Below, in pieces: positions 8,301 to 15,751 of a DNA stretch of 20,000 nt. The translations under genes were made by a program, and so were the position numbers. The notes beneath the pieces are model-generated. The model was not told the origin of the DNA, ran no database searches, and was given only the letters and a program-made list of their open reading frames with translations. Positions within the stretch are counted from its first letter, which is position 1. The number at the start of each line of letters is the position of its first letter. The stretch is from an uncultured virus (IMG/VR IMGVR_UViG_3300012988_000018) (taxonomy: Duplodnaviria > Heunggongvirae > Uroviricota > Caudoviricetes): IMG/VR virus record IMGVR_UViG_3300012988_000018. One strand, written 5' to 3'.

Positions 8301-9443
8301 GCTCAATTCATCCAATGGAGGCAACGCTGGAAGCTTCTGTGACAAGCCAAAGTGTGGAACCGTCTTACGAACGATGCGAGTGGCATTGGTGTCATTTCGT
8401 TGGGTGACAGTGTCGATGTCGATAAACTCTGACGAGTGGTACTTCAACATGTCAGACATCTCAAGCAAGAACTGTAGCCAGATCTTTGTTGACGAGAATT
8501 TGTGTCTGACGATGTCAGAATTGTAGCCCAACCTAACTAACGTGTCCGGGATCGAGTACGTCACAGGCAGGTAACGCCTGACTAAGTCGAACAACACGTT
8601 CGACGTTAGAACAGAGTTCAGTTTAGTGAAGTTCAAGTAGTGATAGTTGACGACAGCGCTTGGGTCGACAGTGTGGATGTCATCACGTAGATCCAACTGT
8701 GACTTCAGGCGTTCTAGGCTCCTGACAAGCTCAAGCAGGAAATTTGCCTGATCACGTAATGAGTCAACGTTGCTCTCGAAGCTACGGCGCCTGGTCGTGA
8801 AAGAGTCTGCTATGAAAGGATACTGTGACCTCAGACCCCTCAATGCTTGGGTGACATTGATCTGTCGCAGGTTACGTGCTTGCAGGTGTGTATCAACGAA
8901 ACGACCTGCGTCAGTCATATCAGAGTAGATGCCGCTGTTTTCGACCTGGTTAGCGAACGATTGTTGCCCAGATCCGATGTTTTTCGTGAACAAGGGCAAG
9001 AAATTCGTCAACATGACGATCTCAGGACGCTCGTGAGCGATTCCAGTCAATTGTTCGTAAGGTTCAAACTTCTTAGAAGTGACGACCAACCTGTCTGTCA
9101 CCGGGTGGTTTGCCACCGCTGGTTCTAGGTGTAAGGCAAAGCTGGGCATGATGATGTTCATCATGCCGTGATAAGGTGGTAACAAGAAGGTCTTGCTGCC
9201 TCCGAGGTTGGCTGCGATCGATTGGATCGACATGTTCGTCTGGATCTTCAGGTTCGTTGAAGTCACTGACAAGGTGGGGGTAGCAATGGGAGCTTGTGAC
9301 GCTGGGACCACGGAGGCCTTGATCGTTCCAGGTGTCGACACTGCTTTTTTCACGCCAGCGCCAAGATCGCTAGTCACTGGTTGAACTTGCACGTTACCCA
9401 CGGAGACGAAAGAGCCGTTGGCACCCTTAAGCGATACGATCAT
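5334..9443 (-). CDS. Very large hypothetical protein (probable virion component)
   Basis: 1369-aa uninterrupted ORF with ATGA overlap with the upstream gene; contains a DxDxDG loop. No enzyme motif recognised. Confidence 0.65.
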   Translation of the reverse strand: MIVSLKGANGSFVSVGNVQVQPVTSDLGAGVKKAVSTPGTIKASVVPASQAPIATPTLSVTSTNLKIQTNMSIQSIAANLGGSKTFLLPPYHGMMNIIMPSFALHLEPAVANHPVTDRLVVTSKKFEPYEQLTGIAHERPEIVMLTNFLPLFTKNIGSGQQSFANQVENSGIYSDMTDAGRFVDTHLQARNLRQINVTQALRGLRSQYPFIADSFTTRRRSFESNVDSLRDQANFLLELVRSLERLKSQLDLRDDIHTVDPSAVVNYHYLNFTKLNSVLTSNVLFDLVRRYLPVTYSIPDTLVRLGYNSDIVRHKFSSTKIWLQFLLEMSDMLKYHSSEFIDIDTVTQRNDTNATRIVRKTVPHFGLSQKLPALPPLDELSTIKPNQINKAVSTISQAYSVLYQNVHFKSQEAQIAALTNLISKEFRYSHGMSQRDVQDALSSGFNYQVSPSDNVGVFESIVGKFGNNISDFPATQTNSLANIAQRQTTSGAAVLTFESKYVDGDTGTLTPGGTYYVDSVLDGANAIGFNTANLDEGGDLFEKAFNSFSIVVNGMNLLGVRTYDPYDRTQSQFSSILSSPSDFIQTSMKNLLDPKTGNTLPAVLNDNLGSVYNFAATNPHVKSALFIYTIAKITRSYFPIISLPFFNLNSLSSDNTPLTDALIKDIVSEIEKSIPQMLVTNKPQPPRLSAPGKLSSTMSSDVMTASFKQGTVLTKFVEGLMQQILSSFRTNDSAMVDGRTRFSGDLDTSIMMAVFDTIIQMVSCYNDQKLVSTNYIRSVLTFNITKTTTNHKASASDLTTRMEKEVALNHKLIYTAMNTLQKLSGAFKNYSNYLKSPPAISKLNELVTIINNPDLVKMLMSEQQIMLLASTVHDLNDRISQRDALPDNGDVDGDGDFDADDELKILDDSVVSPRLRNAVYSTFGTDDFASKKGYNKKIITVGIPLGFTRRLKQRVSLNNLKKSTFIDKQSDIVSVVVYKVDLENSDIIYKPKRMLFELSRFPVRNDHWFLQIPERPSMSDIAHAIPTRDFGQSQATATEITYWSLNTDDINNGRKAAFADETYDFLTQQEKNEIINNHVMSYMLEVYAKLTTGIDLGDHHFDLVEQDKPMDIDFTKTLTEHYVAYTTNLFTVQNVSSPETHAPTGGVLFSTTSPRKVGYTPSKTTSPKASTYPQLSNASGIAGSIGPSTQFSKIQAQPIVKTLAAQQSIGTLESNLSSVSHRNIPVMLHGLRTISNLTHMVTPLADPVAVSKRIVSPKTFDRVFNVIVDPDEFEIDYDKTVQTPQGTAALKQMILKGDIIPATENYTSRNMVRFAMLNLNNYPSGRPFVQGRAAPNHAAFRFRDRDKNQGDLTFEKYFVTIETYGEDQV

Positions 9444-11932
9444 CTTGCTGGCAATCCATTGTTAAACTGTTCTACGATCACTGCGTTTGTTGCGACTTGT
9501 GTTCCTGTCTTGTACGTGTTGAAGACCGGGACTATGACGTAATTGAACGAGCCTTCGTCACGTCTAGACACTGGATGTAAGTACTGACAGTTCCCATAGG
9601 TAAACTCTGAGTGAGCCTTTCCGACCAACGTTCGAACGCCATGGACGTCTTTCATGATGATGAAATGATCGACAGCTGAGAGCGAACCTTGAACCTTCCA
9701 GGTGATGATGTTCAGAAACTTGTCAAACCTGCTAGCTGAGGCATCGACGACTCGTGCTGGTTCGTCATCAAATGACACGTCAACCGATTGCATGAAACCT
9801 ATCGCGCCATGGGCCATCGGTTCTTTTGCAAACCGGGTTTTCAGGCCAGCCGCTGAAACCAAGGTTCCTTGTGTCAGGGCGATCGGATGCAAGAACTTTG
9901 CTGGGCTAAACGTGTACGTCTTCTTGGTAACCGGATCGACCTTCTTCTTGTTAAGGCTGTCGAACATCGTCTCAGGTTCACGAAGCAAGGCAGAAACTTC
10001 ATAACGGTAACGATGGCCTAGCTTTAAAGGCTGAATCGCCTGATTTTTTCTAAGGTCAACGTCGGAAAACTGATCGGCTGTCACGACCCCGAAGTCCTCT
10101 CGGATACCAGTCGTCAGATCGACACGTTGGATGTTGTGTGCGATCAGGTTTTTCAAGAACTCACGTTCCTTATCAACGTCACCCTTGAACTGATCGTAGA
10201 TGTCCTGTTGTTGCAACAACCTCTTCACGACATCGATGTTGTTATCGATGATGGTCGTTGAGATAGAAAACGTAACGTTCAAGTCACCCGTTTGATCGAC
10301 GATCAGATCGTCGATCTTGGTGTCAACCTTACCCGGTGAAGGCTGTAAAAACTCGATCGACGCTGTTCCAGCAAGCTCTGACGTGCCTGATTCATAGACC
10401 AAACGCGCTACGTACTCGTAAATGTTGTTGGGATTGACGTCCTTGTCAACGATTGTCAGGTAATCTGACGTTCTCACGGTGTCATCGATCAATGACACCG
10501 TCCCGCCAACGTTCCTGTAACTGGTCTCAAACGTCGTCAGGTTCCGAACCTTGAACTCTATCGAGACAACGTGTTGGGGTATTTGTCGCGCCTCGATCTT
10601 GATGCCGATGTCAACAGGGATTACACTCAACGCAAGTGACTTGATCTGCCTATAACGAGAAGGCCTGATGACGACGTTGGTAAACTCATAGCCTTGGGTT
10701 CCTTGGTTTCCCATTGGAACGACCCGGTATAGGATCGGAGAGTTTTGCGGTGAATCGACCTGAACTAATAGCGACTGTTCGTTACGCTTAACGTCATACG
10801 TTCCTATCAAGGAGTACGAATCGACGTCCGTGACAGCACGAAAAAACTGCTTCTTGTAGATCTGAACTGACGTCGCGCCTGGATCGATCTGCTTTATCTC
10901 TAGGTTAGCGCGGGTCGACACCTCTGACTTTGTCAGCTTGACAACCGGGGGTCGGCGAGGGGTGTAATACAGTTGCATGTGTCGTGCTACGTCCAAGGAT
11001 TTTGAGACTGAGTCGACGGCAACCCTCGATCGACCGTTGATCAGATCAAACTTAACGAAAAAGTGAGAGTTATCACTACCGTCCTGCGTTAACGCAGACC
11101 TAGGGATGATCAACGTAAGAGCGATCTCAACGGTCGTCTGTGGTTCGTATGTCAGAACCTGAACGACCGTGTCATCGCTGACCTGTGACGTGTACGTCGG
11201 ACGATTGTGGGTCTCCGGAGGAAAGATGTGATAGTTCAAAAGGCGAGTTGAGGGACTGGTCTCGATTTCTATCGCGTTGCTTGGTCTCAAGATCCCGCCC
11301 AGGGCGTCGACAGAGGCGACGCTGCGATCCGTTAAGTCAAAGATATGTGTCGGATCTATTCCCTGGCGAGCGATCAGGTCATGCATCAACCTGGTCGGAT
11401 TCTCGTTGATAGACGCTGAGTTAACTGTCGTTATGTCTGTCGTAAAAGCATGTGCAATTTGTGTCAGCAAGGGCTTGATGTCCGCTCCCTCCTTAACGTC
11501 AGACGATGGCATCAAGGTTAGGATCGGTTTGACGAGCTGCTGGATGTTACGAGCGGGGATCTTTGCCCGCAACTGTGGGATGATCTCGTTATTGATTTTT
11601 GTCGAGATGTCACTGTTCCGAGAGGCGACGGTGTAGTCCTGCTGCTGTTTGATTGCGCTTTTCGCGTTAGGCATCTGTTGCAACACGTTATTGATCAGCG
11701 CACGAGTGTTGATGAAACCAAGCTGCGTGTTCTCTAGGATGGGCTTGACTTTGATCGTTCGAGACAGCACGGACACGTTGACAGTCAACGCTTCGTTGGC
11801 AACCGCATCGTGAGGCTTGATGTTATAGAAGAACTCAAACTCCAGATCGCCGTTCGGATGGATCCTGCGCAAGTGCGCAAAGTCATCAGCAACGTCTAGA
11901 AAGTTATAGCGACGGTTGAACCTAAAGAACAT
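9440..11932 (-). CDS. Large hypothetical (probable structural) protein with repeated FnIII/Ig-like modules
   Basis: 830-aa ORF. Repeated motifs ILYRVVPMG, DKDVNPNNIYEYVARL, GHRYRYEVSAL and GSFNYVIVPV resemble FnIII C-terminal strands. Confidence 0.65.
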   Translation of the reverse strand: MFFRFNRRYNFLDVADDFAHLRRIHPNGDLEFEFFYNIKPHDAVANEALTVNVSVLSRTIKVKPILENTQLGFINTRALINNVLQQMPNAKSAIKQQQDYTVASRNSDISTKINNEIIPQLRAKIPARNIQQLVKPILTLMPSSDVKEGADIKPLLTQIAHAFTTDITTVNSASINENPTRLMHDLIARQGIDPTHIFDLTDRSVASVDALGGILRPSNAIEIETSPSTRLLNYHIFPPETHNRPTYTSQVSDDTVVQVLTYEPQTTVEIALTLIIPRSALTQDGSDNSHFFVKFDLINGRSRVAVDSVSKSLDVARHMQLYYTPRRPPVVKLTKSEVSTRANLEIKQIDPGATSVQIYKKQFFRAVTDVDSYSLIGTYDVKRNEQSLLVQVDSPQNSPILYRVVPMGNQGTQGYEFTNVVIRPSRYRQIKSLALSVIPVDIGIKIEARQIPQHVVSIEFKVRNLTTFETSYRNVGGTVSLIDDTVRTSDYLTIVDKDVNPNNIYEYVARLVYESGTSELAGTASIEFLQPSPGKVDTKIDDLIVDQTGDLNVTFSISTTIIDNNIDVVKRLLQQQDIYDQFKGDVDKEREFLKNLIAHNIQRVDLTTGIREDFGVVTADQFSDVDLRKNQAIQPLKLGHRYRYEVSALLREPETMFDSLNKKKVDPVTKKTYTFSPAKFLHPIALTQGTLVSAAGLKTRFAKEPMAHGAIGFMQSVDVSFDDEPARVVDASASRFDKFLNIITWKVQGSLSAVDHFIIMKDVHGVRTLVGKAHSEFTYGNCQYLHPVSRRDEGSFNYVIVPVFNTYKTGTQVATNAVIVEQFNNGLPAR

Positions 11933-11938
11933 TGCGCA

Positions 11939-12949
11939 TCACCCAAAGACTAACGTGAAGAGATGGACGAAAATGTTGGTGCCGTTGTCGTCAGTCAACA
12001 CTTTACCTGCGAAAAAAGCGTGTTTTCGGCGCCCTTGCCACGTATACAAACCGTAATCAATGACGTCTAGCTTTTTCATGACGTTAAAATTGACCTCGAA
12101 AAACTGTCCGACCAGGTTGTTCTTCAACGACGTTGGATCAAAATTGATAGTTCGAGCATAACCCATTCGACCGTAGTGATCGAGCTCGTGTTCTAATTGC
12201 CAAGGAGTCAAGCCTTGGGTGTGAGGACGACCCCAAGGCTTATAGTAGCCCAGGTGCGATTGCCAGGTCAGACGATGGTCCCTCTTGTCAATCGACTTGT
12301 CATCGAGCTTGTTGATGGGTGGCAGGTACTTAAAGTTTCTGACCTTGCTAAACCTAACGTCTTGAAACAAGCTCTCCAGGCTGGAGATATGTGTGATGTG
12401 GGTCGTGGCATCAGGTATGGGTTTGTCATTGTGAATGACGTACTCGATCTGCTTGTTTCCCATCTCAAAACCATCGTCTTCAAAGACGGGATCCTTCGTT
12501 CCGATCAGTTGCAACTTTGTAAAGTTGTCGATCGATGAAGCCAAAAGCGTCGCTGCCGTTGAGTTGAATTGCTCGCCGCTCAGGATGCTTACGCTTTGAG
12601 ACGAGCCTGTCAGCACTGACGATGACAACGCAGTGTATGAATACGTCAATGAATAGTCAAGGATCTGACCGTCCTTGACGTTGATGCCATTGCTGTTTTG
12701 AAATGCGCTTAGACGACCAGCGTCAGACGCCTCAAGCGTGATCTGATCTTGGGGTAGGTGAGCTTGCTCGAAGTAGATTCGAGACGTCGCGTCAGCAGAC
12801 CCAGACGCTATGTCACCACGATAGTACGTTCCCGTATCAGTAAAAGAAACGTACTCAATCTTCAGCTTGGCGCTGGCGATCTGACGCCTGCCCTCAAGGG
12901 TGACGATCGTGTCCATGACACGAGACTTCGAATCCAAAATTCCCGACAT
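11939..12949 (-). CDS. Putative virion structural protein, N-terminus paralogous to the 238-aa protein
   Basis: 336-aa ORF. MSGILDSKSRVMDTIVTLEGRRQIA aligns by eye with MGFLDHSSNNIVLDAVLTDIGRQFLA. Confidence 0.65.
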   Translation of the reverse strand: MSGILDSKSRVMDTIVTLEGRRQIASAKLKIEYVSFTDTGTYYRGDIASGSADATSRIYFEQAHLPQDQITLEASDAGRLSAFQNSNGINVKDGQILDYSLTYSYTALSSSVLTGSSQSVSILSGEQFNSTAATLLASSIDNFTKLQLIGTKDPVFEDDGFEMGNKQIEYVIHNDKPIPDATTHITHISSLESLFQDVRFSKVRNFKYLPPINKLDDKSIDKRDHRLTWQSHLGYYKPWGRPHTQGLTPWQLEHELDHYGRMGYARTINFDPTSLKNNLVGQFFEVNFNVMKKLDVIDYGLYTWQGRRKHAFFAGKVLTDDNGTNIFVHLFTLVFG

Positions 12950-12956
12950 GCAATAG

Positions 12957-12964
12957 CAATTATA
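12957..12964 (-). promoter_or_regulatory. Candidate promoter element at the head of the structural operon
   Basis: TATAATTG ends 7 nt upstream of ATG 12949; no SD and no clear -35. Confidence 0.4.
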
Positions 12965-12988
12965 CGCCAGGACATGAGAGCAAGCTAC

Positions 12989-13183
12989 CTACATGCGACG
13001 AAGACGAATTCGTACTGGTTGTTGACGCATAAATGAATACGTCCTCTTGAAACGTGTCAGATCTCTCACCTGCTCGTCTTGTTCAGGATCGTCTGACTCA
13101 ACCGTCGACTCTACCTTGTGTTGCCTGTAGTACGAGTATGTCTTCTGGAAACGGGTGGCGTCTTTGACGGTTGAGCTTGGCAC
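12989..13183 (-). CDS. 64-aa microprotein with two copies of a 16-aa repeat
   Basis: VKDATRFQKTYSYYRQ and VRDLTRFKRTYSFMRQ (10/16 identical), conserved at protein level but with different synonymous codons. GTG start; fills the intergenic gap. Confidence 0.75.
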   Translation of the reverse strand: MPSSTVKDATRFQKTYSYYRQHKVESTVESDDPEQDEQVRDLTRFKRTYSFMRQQPVRIRLRRM

Positions 13184-13201
13184 TAAACTAGGTAGTCCGT
13201 G

Positions 13202-14593
13202 CTACAGAATTTGAGAGGCTAACGTAGCTAGTTGACTGCGTTCGCCTTTCATGAGCGTCACGTGGCCCGCGATCGGATAGTCCTTGAAGCGCTCGACCGC
13301 GCAGGTCAGACCGTTAGTGTACGCATCAACGTGAATGTTATCGATCTGTTCGATGTCACCAGTCAACACGATCTTTGTCCCATCACCGACCCGGGTGATG
13401 ATCGTCTTCAATTCATGCATCGACAAGTTTTGTGCCTCATCGATGATGATCATTGCGTTTGGAATCGAACGACCTCTGATGAAAGTGATCGCTTCAATCT
13501 CGATCAGGCCTCTTTCCTGTAGCATCGACAGATACATTCCGTCATCGTGTTCAGGTTTGCCTGCGTTGTTCGCTGATTTCTTCCGAGCTCGTCCAGGACG
13601 CTTGTTGTTGACGAGAAAGTTGAGATTGTCACGAATGGGAGCGATCCAAGGTTCCATCTTCTCTTCGAGGGTGCCTGGCAAGAACCCGACTTCTTTTCCG
13701 ACTGGTTGGATCGGGCGAGTCACGATCAGCTTTTCATAGCGGGCCGTCGCCTCATTTCCCAAACCTTTCAATTGCTCTAAGCCTGCCGCAACAGCAAGTA
13801 AGGTCTTACCCGTTCCCGACGGGCCAACAAGCGTCAATAGCTTGATCTCTGGATCGAACAAGAGGTCAAGCGAAAAGCTTTGCTCTTTGTTCCGGGGCTT
13901 TAGACCGAATGCGTTATCGATCTTTGCGACCGGAACGAGGATTGAACCGACACCAATAAACTTCGTGATAGCTGATTTGGCAGTATGCCCACCGATCACG
14001 TGTTTGATGACAACGATCTGGTTCGGACAGAGGTTTCGCTCCTTGATCAGATCAGCTGACACGTCAAGCTTTCCTGTCTTGTAAAAGAGATCAACATCTG
14101 CCTCAGGTAGCTCGAGTACCTCGACGCCGCGATAGAATTTTTGAGGATCGTTAGCGACCCTCATCTTGAGGTAGTCCTCACACTTGATTCCGAGGCTGTC
14201 ACACTTGATGCGTACGTTGATGTCCTTCGACACCAAGACGCCTTCGGTGCCTTTCAACGAAAGCATGAAGGCGATGATCAGGTTGTCAACTTTGTCGGCT
14301 TGAAGCTCTGTCGGAACGTCCTTCAAGGTGCCCTTGTCGATGGACACGATCTTTAACGTTCCACCTTCACGAAGAGGCACCCCACTCACTAGACTGTTGC
14401 CACTCGAGCGCATGTCATCTAGTGTTCTGCTTACCTGTCTGGCGTTACGCCCCACCTCGTCTGACCTGCTCTTATGGCGATCTAGCTCTTCTAGGACAGC
14501 CATGGGAATGATCAGATCGTTCTCTTGAAACGAAAAGATCGAGTTTGGGTCGCTCAAGAGCACATTCGTATCTAAGACGTACGTCTTCTTCAT
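13202..14593 (-). CDS. phoH: PIN-domain PhoH-family ATPase (PhoH2/YlaK-like PIN-PhoH fusion)
   Basis: N-terminal PIN motifs YVLDTNVLL...VLEELD...DNLII...VSKDINVRIK; Walker A GPSGTGKT; GFLPG; RGRS; IIDEAQN; GDIEQID; SD GGAG upstream. Confidence 0.95.
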   Translation of the reverse strand: MKKTYVLDTNVLLSDPNSIFSFQENDLIIPMAVLEELDRHKSRSDEVGRNARQVSRTLDDMRSSGNSLVSGVPLREGGTLKIVSIDKGTLKDVPTELQADKVDNLIIAFMLSLKGTEGVLVSKDINVRIKCDSLGIKCEDYLKMRVANDPQKFYRGVEVLELPEADVDLFYKTGKLDVSADLIKERNLCPNQIVVIKHVIGGHTAKSAITKFIGVGSILVPVAKIDNAFGLKPRNKEQSFSLDLLFDPEIKLLTLVGPSGTGKTLLAVAAGLEQLKGLGNEATARYEKLIVTRPIQPVGKEVGFLPGTLEEKMEPWIAPIRDNLNFLVNNKRPGRARKKSANNAGKPEHDDGMYLSMLQERGLIEIEAITFIRGRSIPNAMIIIDEAQNLSMHELKTIITRVGDGTKIVLTGDIEQIDNIHVDAYTNGLTCAVERFKDYPIAGHVTLMKGERSQLATLASQIL

Positions 14594-14638
14594 GTAATCG
14601 TGACTCCGGTTTTCAAAGAGAGGGTTCTAGTTGATTTC

Positions 14639-14667
14639 TTGTACATGAACGCCGCTGTTACTACCTT
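14639..14667 (+). promoter_or_regulatory. Sigma70-like promoter for the divergent HTH gene
   Basis: TTGTAC (14639-14644), 17 nt, TACCTT (14662-14667), then an SD-like AGGTAGGA before ATG 14692. Confidence 0.45.
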
Positions 14668-14691
14668 ATACCAGGTAGGACCAAACAGGCA

Positions 14692-14979
14692 ATGCAAGAG
14701 AGTAAAAGACGCCTCACAGTCATCCAAGGGAAGACTGAAGGTAAGCGTATCGTTGAAGGAACTACGTGCTTTGCTGCACAGTCCAAACACAACGTTGACT
14801 GTCAACGAAACAACTGTCCTCAGTGGATCAGTCATTCCCAGAGTCACAACTGTGTGTTGCTCGCTGCTCAGGAAGGTCCTCACACGTTACAAAAGATAGG
14901 TCAAATCTACGGTCTGACACGGATGAGAATCTGTCAGATTGAGAAGGGGATCTTCGAGAAGATTAGAGAAATCAGCTAG
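14692..14979 (+). CDS. Small Cys-rich protein with C-terminal sigma70 region 4-like helix-turn-helix
   Basis: 95 aa. HTLQKIGQIYGLTRMRICQIEKGIFEKIR matches the region 4.2 pattern (TLEEVGxxFxVTRERIRQIExKALxKLR). Four Cys upstream (CF, DC, NC, NC); SD present. Confidence 0.85.
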   Translation: MQESKRRLTVIQGKTEGKRIVEGTTCFAAQSKHNVDCQRNNCPQWISHSQSHNCVLLAAQEGPHTLQKIGQIYGLTRMRICQIEKGIFEKIREIS

Positions 14980-15358
14980 CAGCTGGTTCTTCTGCTTTCT
15001 TTTCGTCCTTCTCTTCTTTCTTGACTGCAGCCTTCACAGGCGGGGTCTTATCATCCTTCTTCGCTTCGACCTTGGGCTCTGATTTTTCTGGCTCAGGTCT
15101 GACCTCTGTCTTCATTGGCTCATCATCTTTTTTAGCCGGGGGAGACTTTGGAGGGTCAACCTTCACGGGTTTCTTGACGTCAGCTTCGACAACAGGGACC
15201 TTGGGTTCTTCAACGTGTCGTGGGACAACGAGCGCTGGGGCGGGCACGCTGGTTGCGACGTGCTTCAAGCGACCAGCGCGAGCAATCTCTCGGTGGTGTG
15301 TCTTGGGATCGAGCTTCAGGTCGTGGATGTCTCTTAGCACAGCTTTGGGTGACGGCAT
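14972..15358 (-). CDS. Hypothetical protein with a Pro/Lys/Glu-rich low-complexity tail
   Basis: 128 aa, SD GAGGA; overlaps the convergent HTH gene by 8 nt. Confidence 0.75.
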   Translation of the reverse strand: MPSPKAVLRDIHDLKLDPKTHHREIARAGRLKHVATSVPAPALVVPRHVEEPKVPVVEADVKKPVKVDPPKSPPAKKDDEPMKTEVRPEPEKSEPKVEAKKDDKTPPVKAAVKKEEKDEKKAEEPAAS

Positions 15359-15403
15359 GTCTCTTGTTCCTCAATGAGTAAGTAGGTCTCTAGAGACGAC
15401 GAA

Positions 15404-15423
15404 GCCCTGACAATTGCCAGGGC
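15404..15423 (-). terminator. Probable intrinsic terminator downstream of the Hc1-like gene
   Basis: Minus-strand RNA GCCCUGGC-AAUU-GUCAGGGC (8-bp stem, one G-U) followed by UUCGUCGUCUCU (imperfect U tract). Confidence 0.55.
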
Positions 15424-15455
15424 CACTTGTGTCGTTCAGTTTTGAAGCGCTGAAA

Positions 15456-15680
15456 TCAGGCCTTGGGAGCCTTCGGCGGCTTGGCCGCTTTCTTGGCCTT
15501 GTCGAGTTCGACGGTCGTCTTGACGAGATCGGCAGCGCGACCCTTCAGGTCGCGAAGGCCCTTGCGAACCCTGACGCCAGCGGCGGCGACGCCGCGTGCG
15601 CTCTTCTGCAGGTCGAGCTCCAGAGTCTCAACGAGCGTCTTCAGTTCACCCCATTTTGCTAGCACTGTATTGTCATCCAT
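15456..15680 (-). CDS. Histone H1-like nucleoid protein (Hc1 family)
   Basis: 74 aa. The helical hairpin with RGVAAAGVRVRKGLRDLK resembles the Hc1 signature (GNKAAxxRxRK); Lys/Ala/Pro-rich tail KAKKAAKPPKAPKA; strong SD GGAGGT. Confidence 0.8.
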   Translation of the reverse strand: MDDNTVLAKWGELKTLVETLELDLQKSARGVAAAGVRVRKGLRDLKGRAADLVKTTVELDKAKKAAKPPKAPKA

Positions 15681-15701
15681 TGGTCATTACCTCCGAGCAT
15701 A

Positions 15702-15730
15702 AGTATACACACCAGGGTGGGTGAGTAAAC
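15702..15730 (-). promoter_or_regulatory. Sigma70-like promoter of the Hc1-like gene
   Basis: GTTTACT (15730-15724), 16 nt, TATACT (15707-15702), then SD. Confidence 0.55.
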
Positions 15731-15751
15731 TAAAAGCTCTGCTAACGCACG

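Noticed and set aside
5334..9443. Tape measure protein or RNA polymerase subunit call for the 1369-aa ORF
   Set aside because: No periodic Ala/Gly-rich repeats. The DGDFD string lacks the NADFDGD context of RNAP.
12985..13195. 7-bp inverted repeats (CTACCTA/TAGGTAG) flanking the microprotein gene as mobile-element ends
   Set aside because: Too short to distinguish from chance; no target-site duplication or transposase.
14590..14899. ORFs 14590-14883 (-) and 14600-14899 (+)
   Set aside because: Both overlap the better-supported sigma region-4 gene and its promoter.
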